This document shows positions 52,505-64,000 of a stretch of 64,000 nt of DNA, piece by piece. The notes below the pieces were generated by a model, which worked only from the letters and a program-made list of their open reading frames with translations, did no database searches and was not told the DNA's origin. The DNA comes from Octopus vulgaris. Its lineage: Eukaryota. The DNA lies in contig OX597814.1 of NCBI GenBank assembly GCA_951406725.2, positions 140,306,001 through 140,370,000 of the forward strand. The letters run 5' to 3'. Each line of letters starts with the position of its first letter. The stretch's first letter is position 1. A program made the position numbers and the translations under genes.

Positions 52505-52855
52505 TATACTCGTATATAAGCATTTTTAGAGATGTAAAGTATAATAGCCATCTCAATATGGCTAACCACAAAGGGGGGGGGTGTTACTGTAGCTTTTTAC
52601 GTTCTGAGATTTAATAATACATTTTTAGAGAGTTACTTCCCTTATATAATAGCAAAAAAATGCATTAAAAATGGGGAAAAATGATGGTAAAATTTTTTTT
52701 TAAAATCGTAGACGTGCGCTAATATCCAGAAGGGCTCGATATGAATCACGACTATAAGATACCCGTTTTGGTTACACTGCACCGCAAAATGTGGGAGTAG
52801 TTAGGAATCTAAATTGTAGGAGACAGACACACAACTTCACTTTTATATATAAAGA
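52505..52855 (-). mobile_element. Related Helitron-like element lacking the 3' hairpin
   Basis: Minus-strand 5' end TCtttatatataaaagtgaagttgtgtgtctg resembles that of the 46547-46932 element. Confidence 0.55.
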
Positions 52856-55202
52856 TATATATATATATATATGATTTAAATTCGCTTTGTGTATATATTT
52901 GTGTGTGGTGCATGCTGATATATAAAATTCTGTGTATGGTTTTTCTAGAATTCGGGATGTACTTACAATTATCCTTATGAGGTTGAGTGGCGTGTTTTCA
53001 ATCGTGGTTGTTACACATAGTAACACAAAAATTTACGACAAGGAGACACACAATTATTTTCTTTTTATGCTTATGATTACACATATATATGCGCATATGC
53101 ATATAACTATATATAGATAGAGAGATTGATATGCTCATTTGTATATTGTCATTGTCAAGTATCAAACGATTTTTACAGTGCGTTGGTAACACTACAACAA
53201 AAGTCTTCCTAATTTAGCTTGAGTTCTCCCATCAGATGAAGCAGCTATAGCATTACCTCATTCTGACTTTTGGTTTGCCATTTCCTTCCCTAACTAGATG
53301 GTATTTGACCCACAATGAACTCATCCATCCTTTTTTTGTCCTGATAGGTGACCAGATACCTACTTCACAATAGTAGCACACTACTCAGGTGGGGAGGCCA
53401 GTTTAGTCAACCATGGAACAAATAGTACATGGTGCCACCAGTGGCAGTTCTCTTCAGTCTGTGATGAGAGCCCTGATTTGACTTTGACATTTGTATATAT
53501 ATATATAAAGGCGGTGAGCAGGCTAAATAGTTAGCACACCATTCAAAATGCTTAGCAGTATTTCATCCATCTTCACGTTCTGAGTTCAAGTTCTGCCAAG
53601 GTCAACTTTGCCTTTCAACCTTTCAGGGTCAATAAAATAAGTACCAGTTGAACACCAGGGTTAATGTAATTGACTAACCCTTCACTCAAAATGCTGGCCT
53701 TGTGCCAGAATGTGAAACCAATGTATATAATATATGTATGTTTATATGTATAGATTGTATAATGTTCATGTATAATATATAGATCATAAGTAAATATGTG
53801 TGGTGTGTTAGCATGAGTGTATATGTATGTGTGTGTGTATATTCTTTTATTAGTTCCAGCCCAAGCTTCACCTATAGGAAACACTACCTCTACTATTTCT
53901 ACTGCTTCTAAAGACCTCCAGTAGACAATAGATTCAGTGTAGCTATCATAGTTGCATATCTCTATGACATGAGGCTTAGACAAGTAATTCAGTCAGATTG
54001 CATGCAGAAATGCCAATCCAGTCTTAATGGGGTAACACCACTGTGCTACACACAAGAAATACACATTTCCTCTTCCTTGCATAAATCAGCTTTATACTCA
54101 TAGACATTTCCATATAGATAAATGTATATATGAATATGTGTATTGGTATGTATACTAGTAGTTACAACCGTAAGGTTATATTTATATATATGTGTGTGTG
54201 TATGCATACACATACATATAATGGCAGTGAGCTCACAGAATCATTAGCATGGTAGATAAAATGCTTAGCAGTATTTCGTTCATTCTTGCATTCTGAATTC
54301 AAATTTCGCCGAGGTCGACTTTGCTTTTCATCCTTTCAGGGTTGATAAAATAAGTACCAGTTGAGCACTGGAGTCAATGTAATCAACTTCCCACTCCTCC
54401 AAAATTGCTAGCCTTGTGCCCTAATTTGAAACCAATGTATATATATGTATGTATATATATATACATACATACATACATATATATATGTGTGTGTATATGT
54501 ATATGTATGTATATATATATGTGTGTGTATATGTATATATATGTGTATGTATATGTATGTATATATATATATGTATATGTATGTATATATATATATATAT
54601 ATGGTAGGCTCTCCTGTAAGACAAAAAAATAAGGGTTCTACAATTCCTTGTTGAACAACCTGTACAGCTGATTCGAATTTTTGTGCTGTACATTGGAACA
54701 CTCCTTCCATCAAATTGACATTGCCTATACAGGCGCATGTGTATCAGATATCAAAGTGATCTTAGAGGAATCTAAGATGAAGTATTTTGTTTGAGAGCAC
54801 AACTTGGTTCAGGAATTGAAATCACAACTTTGCAATCATAAGTGCAATACTCTAACCACTAGACCATGCATGCTCATATTATATATATGCTTGCTCCCAA
54901 CCATATGGCTCTGGGTTCAGTCCCACTGCATGACACCTTGGGCACATGTCTTCTACTATAGTCTCAGGCTGACCCAAAATATTGTGAGTGGATTTGGTAG
55001 GCAGAAATTGAAAAGAGCCTGTTGTATATATATATACACACACTCACACACACACATTGCAACATATTTGTATGTATATACATATGTCTTCACTGTCACA
55101 TGTTTATATATATGCATATATATAAACAGACGTATGTATATGTGTATATGGATATGGGCTTGATGTGTAGATACATATATTATATATATATATATATGTG
55201 TG

Positions 55203-55420
55203 TGTTGTGTGAACGCCCCCGAATGATAAGTAGGCTAGCCCAATACATATAAATAATGGACATGATAGCTAGTTGTAGAAATGTCGCATAGAGCGAGCCG
55301 GAGCCATCAGTAGACTAGATGTTAAGTTCTGTTGAGTCGAGTCGTCAGAAGTGAGAGTTCGGTAGTTGAGTAGGGGTACGTTATTGGCAAAGACACACCA
55401 TCTGAATGTGTGATATAACA
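55203..55420. mobile_element. Putative short solo LTR or unknown CpG-rich insert
   Basis: TGTTGT...ATAACA termini; CpG-rich among microsatellites; no TSD. Confidence 0.3.
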
Positions 55421-55441
55421 ATATATATATATATATATATA

Positions 55442-56022
55442 AATTAGAGAAAAACCACAATTATGCAATTCAATGATAGACATAAACCAAATCATAAATA
55501 AAATATATTTTAAAACATATAACTAGATCACCAAAAATGCAAAAGTGAATAAACAATATATAATATGTAAAAAGACTATGTACATTTCATGGCTATAATT
55601 TAAATTTGAATTTAATTTAAATTTAATCAAAAAACAATTCAATTTAAAATTATAGTCACTCCTCAGGTCAACAATAATAGTTAAATAAATAAGCAAATAG
55701 AATTAAACAATCATGATTTTATTTCTTTAAGAAATATTGTTTAATTCTATTTGCTTATTTATTTAACTATTACTGTTGACCTGAGGAGTGACTATAATTT
55801 TAAATTGAATTGTTTTTCGATTAAATTTAAATTTAATTGCAATTCGAATTTAAATTATAGCCATGAAACGTATGTAGTCTTTTTACATATTATATATTGT
55901 TTATTCATTTTTGTATTTTTTGTGATCTAGTTATATGTTTTAAAATATATTTTATTTTTTATTTATGATTTGGTTTATGTCTATCATTGTTTGAATTGCA
56001 TAAGAGTGGCTTTTCTCTAATT
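55442..56022. repeat. Large palindrome (arms about 270 bp) of Penelope-type terminal repeats
   Basis: About 55442-55711 versus about 55736-56022. Further AT-rich inverted repeats extend to about 56450. A related partial copy is at 10905-11085. Confidence 0.9.
55778..55879 (+). ncRNA. Type-I hammerhead motif with elongated stem II
   Basis: GAC-CTGAGGA-GTGACTATAATTT...AAATTATAGCCAT-GAAAC-gtat-GTA/GTC; mirror copy on minus at 55574-55669. Confidence 0.7.
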
Positions 56023-56128
56023 TATATATATTATATATTTATATTGTGAAATTTGATTTAATACTAAATTGAATTTTTCCCTGTAAATTTTGAGTTATAC
56101 TCCCTATTATTATTATTATTAATATTAC

Positions 56129-56177
<49 letters not shown>

Positions 56178-56889
56178 GTAGGGAATATAAAATTCCAAAC
56201 TAATTGAGAAAAATTCAGTTTAGCAATGCTAAATCAAATTTCACAAAATATAATATATATATATAATTAAGAGAAATAGCCTCTATTGAGTAATTCAATT
56301 GAGAATGAAAGATATATATATTAAATCATATAGAAAAAATTTTAATATATTATAATAAATATTATTCTAAAAATCACTAATTTAAATAAACTTTAGAATG
56401 ATATTTATTATAATATTTTAAAATTTTTCCTATATGATTTAATATATATGTCTGATAGAGAGACTGAAATAGGTGTCTTGCTGAAGAGGAGATACATGAT
56501 GTCCCCAGCAGGAAAGAGAGAAAAGAGATGGTGAGGACACACCCTCAAGATACAAGGTGAATCTAAGAGAGAGAATGGAGATTGAAGATCATAAAGGGTG
56601 GTTTGGTAGGTAAATTCACAAGAGAATGTTCAGAGAGTGACAGAGATGGATGTGAATAGGGTACCTGGATGAAGGAGTTGTCAATGGTACATATTAATTT
56701 GAAGGGAAAAGTGTAGGACATAGGAGTAGGAGGTGGTAGATGAAAATTATAGGGAGATGATATGAATTGTAAGGGAAGAGTAGTGTTATAGTTAGAAGAG
56801 TGATTGAAGGATGGGTGTAAGAAGAGGATTTATGGTGAAAGGTTTGGCAGGACCTCGTTATTGCTGAGATGGACAAGCCTTTTCAAATG

Positions 56890-57250
56890 GATCATGAATC
56901 ATTTTGATCCTTTGTCATCTCCATAGTGAAGCTCAACATCTGAAGGTCAGTCTTCTCTACTTCGTCCCATGTCTTCCTGGGTTTCCCTCTTCTGCAAGTT
57001 CTGTCCACATTTAGCAATTGCCACTTCTTTATGCAGCTATCTGCATCATGCCCAGTTCTTCTCTCAACACATTTGTACTTTGTTGTTCATACACATTAAC
57101 ATCCTGCATCCAGTGGAACATGCCAGCTTTATGTCTATCTAGTCTACACATTACCTCTGCATTTGTGGCTTGAGTTTCACTACCATGCAGCATTGCTGTT
57201 TGTACACAAGCACCATGCAGTCTACCGTTCATTCTGAGACAGACCTTGTT
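56890..57250 (-). mobile_element. RTE-clade LINE fragment (region after the RT)
   Basis: Encodes GRLHGACVQTAMLHGSET...MFHWM...LREELG, then RRGKPRKTWDEV. Confidence 0.8.
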
Positions 57251-57597
57251 TGTGTATGTATGTGTGTATATGTACATATATATATATGCATGCACACACA
57301 CACACATATAAATAAATGTTAGGTTTGTTAAGTGATAAATCACAATAAATGATTCTTGATGAATGAACTCAATACAGATAGCTGGGTAAACTTTATTGTA
57401 TATCAAGTTTGACTATAATTTCAGGTTTCACTTCTTACCTTCAACTCTCTCATCAAGTTCTGAAAATATTCAGTAGCTGCTCTCTCTCTCTCTTCCTCCC
57501 TTTCTCTCTCTCTCTCTCTCTATCTATCTCTATCCATGTATACATCATGTTATATATATATATACATATGTATATATATATATACACACACACACAC

Positions 57598-57665
<68 letters not shown>

Positions 57666-58095
57666 TGTTTACCATTTCTAAAAGTGATTTAGGCAATCCT
57701 TTTTTCTTTTGTCTGATTAATTATTCACCAGCCATAAGTGCTTACTAACATTAATTATAAACAAAAACTAGGGTCATAATTAATGATTAGTAAAGGAAAC
57801 TAAAATACAGGTTGTGTTTCAGAATTGAGAATGTATGGAATTATAAATATGCAAGATAGATTTTCTTATTCTTTGTCACTTCTTTGATATGTGTGTTAAC
57901 TATTCTTGGAATCATTATCATCCAGTAAAATCCTTCTTCCATGCTGTGTGGGTTGACCAGCTGGTGAGCCTGAAGACTGTACCAAGCTCCAGTGTCTGCT
58001 TTGGTATGGTTTCTATTTGTTGATGCCCTTCCTAACACTGATTGCTTTACAGAGTATACTTGGCACTTTTTATGTAGTACTGGTATTTGTGAGGT

Positions 58096-58328
58096 AAGGC
58101 GGTGAGCTGGCAGAATCGTTTGCACGCTGGGCGAAATGCTTCACGGTATTTTATCTGCTGCTACATTTTGAGTTCAAATTCTGCTGAGGTCGACTTTGCC
58201 TTTCATCCTTTCGGGGTCAATTAAATAAGTACCAGTTATGCACTGGGGTCGATATAATCGACTTAATCCATTTGTCAGTCCTTGTTTGTCCTCTCTGTGT
58301 TTAGCCCCTTGTGGGTAGTAAAGAAATA
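58096..58328 (+). mobile_element. SINE family A, tail-2 subfamily
   Basis: Perfect 14-bp TSD ggtatttgtgaggt at 58082-58095 and 58329-58342. Confidence 0.9.
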
Positions 58329-59689
58329 GGTATTTGTGAGGTCACCTAGTAGATCACAAAGCAAGACCTCTACTGAAAGAGTATTGTATTGAGGGAGGTG
58401 GTTAAAGTATGATAGACAGACACAGGTGTCATGCTATAGAGAAAATACATGGTAACCCCAGTTAGAAAGAGAATATGGTGAAGATGTGTCAAGCAAGTTA
58501 ATTCTGAATATTTAAAGGATTTCTTTTCAAAATTGCCAAAATCTGCTATTTCTTAAATTGCCAAATGAAAGAGTATCAAATATATTTTGAAGATTTACAT
58601 TTTTCATTTAAATAGTTTTAAGTCTAGCATAATATTAATAATTTTTTTAGAAATATTATTGCTAGTTGTTAACTTGAGTACCAGTTATGCAGCTATATTC
58701 AGCTCTTCAAATATCAATCATGCTTACTCGAAATACTTCATAACTTAGGTTGTGATTTTGAAATTTCAACCTTGTTGACCTCTGCCAGTAACATTACTGA
58801 TATAATCTGTATCAAGCCTACAGGCTCTTGAGTCTTGATCTTATCCAGGTTTTCAGGATGTTTAAGTTGAAGATAGGAAACTCCCTCCCACCTGAATGAG
58901 ATGCCAGGTCATGACAGTTAACCCCACTAGGTGTCACTGGTATGCACATTTCTAGCTGAGTGTACTAGAGCAATGTGAAACGAAGTGCCTTGCTCAAAGA
59001 CACAATAAGCCTCCCAGTCCAGAAATTGAACCAACAACCTAATACTCATGAGCTCAACACACAAACCACTAAGGCCACGTGATTTGATTATAAGTTAAAT
59101 GAAACTTTAATATAAATGAACATATCAACTTCTATCAAATGTACATTGTAAAGTGATTCCACTTTACTCAGCATGTTTAATAAAAGATAGTAATTAACAA
59201 TATGGTCCTATAATTTGCATATTGTATCCTTTCTTCCAATAAGTCCTGAGAATAATTTCAAAGAATCTGTATTGGCAGAACTGATGCAGACACCAGTATT
59301 TAGTTTGTTTTGTCCTTCTGTGAATGGAATTCAAATCCTACTGATGTCGACTTTATCTTTCATTCCTTCAGGGATTGGTAAAATAAGTACAGCCAATAAT
59401 ATACTGCAGTCATTTCAATCAGTTATTCAAATGAAATTTATAATCTCCAATAACATATCAATGTTTCAGGATCCATGAGTGAAACAAATTTTTCTGCCAC
59501 TAGCTTTAGATTTCAACTGGGCAAGAAATTTTCAAGTGATATGGCTATACACACACACACACATATATATATAGTCACAGTGAGGATATTTAAACATAGG
59601 GATATTTTTATCCAAGATACACTGGTTTAATATATTGTATTTTGAAGAGATATTTCTACAATGAATACATTATATAAAATATCAAATAT

Positions 59690-59960
59690 TATTATTAAGT
59701 TTGAAAATAGAGAGATCTAATGGATAAAATCAATTTATTAATCATCAGGGTGTACAAAGAACAATACAAGGATTACACATATTCTGAGTATTCCAACGGA
59801 TCATAATGTAATCCTTGTCCTTTGTACACCCTGATGATGCAAAATTATATATTTATATATGTTTTGTAGCTATAATTTTGTTTGTGAAATGAAACAATTG
59901 TATGTGAATTAATTAATTTGTATCCATTAGATCTCTCTGTTTTCAAATTTAATAATATAT
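59690..59960. repeat. Palindrome with a degenerate hammerhead (59827-59906, +)
   Basis: tttgaaaatagagagatctaatggata pairs with tatccattagatctctctgttttcaaa, and atcatcagggtgtacaaag pairs with ctttgtacaccctgatgat. Core reads CTGATGA...GAAACaattGTA. Confidence 0.75.
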
Positions 59961-60569
59961 ATATGTTACACAATTCTTTACAAGTTTGGCACAGGGCAAG
60001 CAGTTCTAATGGGGGATATAAGTTGATGACACTCATTTTGCTGTTTTATCTTTGTGGATACAACTAATTAGTATGATGCCCAGACAGGTAAAATCATTAA
60101 AGCTGCACAAGGCATCTCTATTAAATTTATATTAAGTATTTAAATGCATCAAATAACATTCTTTTGTTTCTAGAAATAAATATTTCAAAAATGATAATGT
60201 CCATTTACTTTCGAGATGTATTTATATATATAAATATCAGTATTCTGTTCTAACACTACATCCATGTTAAGTTGGAGGTCAACGTTGGCTGTTTTCTGTC
60301 ACTATTAATTATCATATATATATATATATATGGTTCAAAACAGTTTGATTGAAACTTCTTGGTAGTCTGAGTTTCAAGTGTGATGCTAATCTTTGGCTGT
60401 TGGAGTTTGAATGAGAGGACAGTTGAAGAGAGTCAATGTTTATTACAGATGTTAGCCTGCGATTGGTCAAGAAAAGTCGTATGGTATCACAGTTTGATGT
60501 TGGTATTTCAGTGACTACAGTTGAGTGCCCTTCTTTCATTTGTTTATTCACTCCTATATATATACATAT

Positions 60570-60600
<31 letters not shown>

Positions 60601-61692
60601 ACATAGAGACTAGTATAAAATATTTCACTCTGGTTAACAGGTAAAAGGGTGAAGACCACCAAGGCACAAGTCTGGGCAAAGTTGTTTATGGAAGACCAGC
60701 AGTCACCCATGCATACTAGTCTCCCCTCTCCTTGCCAACAAGGTGAGGCAAAGGCTGATACAGCTTGGCACCAGTGATGTTGCAACTAATTTCTACAGCT
60801 GAGTGAACTGGAGCAATGTGAAATAAAGTGTTTTGCTCAAGAACACATGCAGCCTGGTCCAGGGATCAAACTCACTACCTCATGACTGTGAGCCTGACAA
60901 TCTAACCATTGAGCCATGAGCCTTAAGAGATAAAGTTGGCCTAAAGCTAGGTAGAACCAGTGTGGTACTAGCGGGAAAAATAAAAATGCAAATTGGAAAT
61001 TTAGCTAACAAAATAAAATTAACAGATAATTTTTGATCACTCTCATAGTATCGATCACTGCAGTATGTTGTTTTGTCTTTCATAAGTATTATAATGAACA
61101 TCCCGCAACCTATGAAAGCAACTAAATTTTTCATCTTTGGGGGCTTATTTTAGTTCAGCTCAGAAAATGTCCATTACTTCTACAGTTTTTTTTTTGCTGG
61201 CAATAGTGAATTCTACATATTTATAGTATATGTGTAGAAATAGGTGATAGATTGAGCAGTTCATAGACAATTATTTGCCTAAGAAAACACAGCACATATA
61301 CAGCTTCAGTATAGGAACCTTCATGGCTAAAGCTGGTTGCTTGTCACATTATCAATTCTACTACTGCTTTAGCCACTGATTGTAATGTTAATTTTAAAAT
61401 CAGAAATTCTTCCTTTTTCTTGCGTTCTTGTTTTTCTCTTCTTATTTGTTTTCTTTTTTGTTTATATTTATGGATGGTCATTACAAAAAAAAACAGACTT
61501 TGCTTTTTTTCTATTCTTCTGTGTACAGATTGTTATGTGACCTCTCTTTCTGGTCACCTCAGTGGACCTTGAACTGGTATTGCAATAAACATTTGGTATG
61601 CCACATTAAATGCTGTATTCTTCTGGTTCAAATATTATTTGTATTGTTTTTGTTATGACTACTAGTCTCATGCCTATGTTAGAACCCATCAC

Positions 61693-61792
<100 letters not shown>

Positions 61793-63456
61793 ACCACCAC
61801 TACTTTTCATTAATATGTTTCCTACATCATCAGTAGAATCTGACAGAATCTGAAATAGCAAAGACCGTTAAATTCCAGTTATGGGATTAATTTCTCTGAG
61901 AAAGGGACTCAAAGAAGATCTCAAAGAGTACATAAGTTTGATTGTTAAATTTTCTAACCACATTTCTGTATAATTCTATGTTAACACAATTTTGTTTTTA
62001 TGTTGATAATAGGTTTTTTTTTTCTTTACATCAAAGATCAAAATGCTAAATCATTATCATCATCTTCCTTCTTTATATATATTCTGAAATTAAGGCCGCA
62101 AGCTGGCAGAATTCTTAGCATGCCAGGTAAGATGCCTAGTGGCATTTTGTCCATTTTTACATTCTGGGTTCAAATTCTACTAAGGTTGACATTGCCTTTT
62201 ATTTGAGCACTGGGGTCAATGTAATCAACTTAGCCCCTCCCCAGTGCCAAAATTTGAAACCAATAAATATTCTGAAATTGGACAATATTAGTACAAGACT
62301 TTTTTTTCTAAAGTCCTAGCTGGGAGATACAGAAAAAGAGAGAGAATGTAGTGCGAGTAATATTAATTTCTCTGAAATGATTACAATATATATTACTGAT
62401 TACTTTGACTATTTACTCCTCTCTCTCTCCCCCCTATTATATCACAGTTATTTATTTTACTGATTCCCTGATGATGTATGAAATATTTACTGTGAAAGAA
62501 ACTCTAACTGAAAATCAAAAGGTTTTTTTTTTCCAGTGTGGTTTAACCCAAATATCCAGGTTTTATCTAGATATTTAGCAATCTAAGAAAATTATGAAGG
62601 GTTTAATTTTGAAATACATGGGCTGGAATTATTTTCAAATTTAGAAAATTTTTAGTGGATAGAAATGGAATTTTTATTCATTTTATTTGTAATTTTTAAA
62701 AAATATATCTTGTAACAATTATTATTAAAACTTAACTATTTTTCTTATGCATAATAGTTTTGATTGTTTCTTTGGGTTTTGTTTTTCCCCCCTTGTAAAA
62801 ACATTTGAAAAATTTGATAATGTTCAAAGCTTGGTCATCTTACTAATCACTATTCATACCTCTGAATAGAATTCTCTAGATTCTGAATTTTTCTGGCAAA
62901 TTATATGTAAAACAATGAAATCACTTAAGAAAATAAGATTCAATTTGTTTTCCCAGCTAAGAACTACACACTAGAAGCAAGCACATTCTAGAATCACATT
63001 GTTATATTCCATATTACGACAGTAAATTGATTTTCACAAACTATGAATAAATGAAATCGCTAACAAACACAGACAAACATGAAAAAATGAAATTTTTGTT
63101 TTCTATAAGATTCTTATATATTTCTAAATAAAAATATTAATTCTTTTTAAATTCAAATTGTGACCTTGAAAACAGAAATGTTAAAAATTTTAATTTAATT
63201 TTTTAAAGATTTTAACGAGATGCGTTAAACATTTTAATGATAACATTAAACAAAGTGTTTATTGTCAAACATTGATCCTTACAAAAATTACACTCTTTAG
63301 CAGAAGCCAGTAAGGTGAACTAAATTTTATTCTATTCATGCTAAACAAACAGAATAACAATCCAATATTTAATGCGTATTATTAATGCTTTGATAATATT
63401 ACAATCATTTATTTTCTCAGCAAAAATACATAAAATAATAGTAATAATAATAAAAG

Positions 63457-63507
<51 letters not shown>

Positions 63508-63707
63508 CATATATATGTATATATGAATATAAATATATACATATATGAATATCAATATATCTATATATAAAGGTAAATATATGTATCTATATATATTTAT
63601 ATTTATATGAATATAAATATATATTTCGTTTTTTGGATTTGGTTTGCAAGATTCTTTATATGACTCTCCCCAGACACAACAAAATATATATGAATATATA
63701 TATATGA

Positions 63708-63789
<82 letters not shown>

Positions 63790-64000
63790 CAAATATGTAT
63801 ATTTATAATTATATATGTATGTATACATATAAATATATATATATAAATCCTTAAATACTTGAAAATGCTTTAGCCTGAAGGCGCGGCCATGCTGGGGCAC
63901 CACCATATATATATATATGAATATAAATATATATACACAGATATATGTATATATACAAATATTTATATATAGATATATATACAGATATTTATATATATAT

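Noticed and set aside
62405-62445. CTGATGA...GAAA as a hammerhead (similar cases at 2855, 4491, 7525, 8293 and 61827)
   Set aside because: No convincing stem I, II and III pairing could be drawn.

Overview
AT-rich, microsatellite-dense animal genomic DNA. The repeat families suggest an octopus or other coleoid cephalopod; this is an inference. Positions 755-27182 (+) hold the last ten coding exons (about 598 codons, the whole membrane domain plus C-tail) of an SLC4 anion exchanger of the Na-independent Cl-/HCO3- (AE1-3/band 3) type; its 5' part lies upstream of the window. About 9.5 kb of repeat-poor DNA follows, possibly a long 3' UTR. The rest (37-64 kb) has no host exons that I can detect. 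Mobile DNA includes several tRNA-derived SINE families, RTE and R4/Dong-like LINE ends, a decayed DD37D Tc1/mariner element, hAT, piggyBac and TA-flanked MITEs, Helitron-like elements and a decayed Penelope-like element. The two most striking observations are (1) many palindromic, Penelope-type repeats carrying minimal type-I hammerhead ribozyme cores, one of them in sense orientation inside an SLC4 intron, and (2) a near-perfect tRNA-Glu fused to a SINE/LINE tail and inserted in another SINE, which looks like a newborn SINE. Repeat boundaries were read by eye and are approximate unless a TSD or TIR is quoted.
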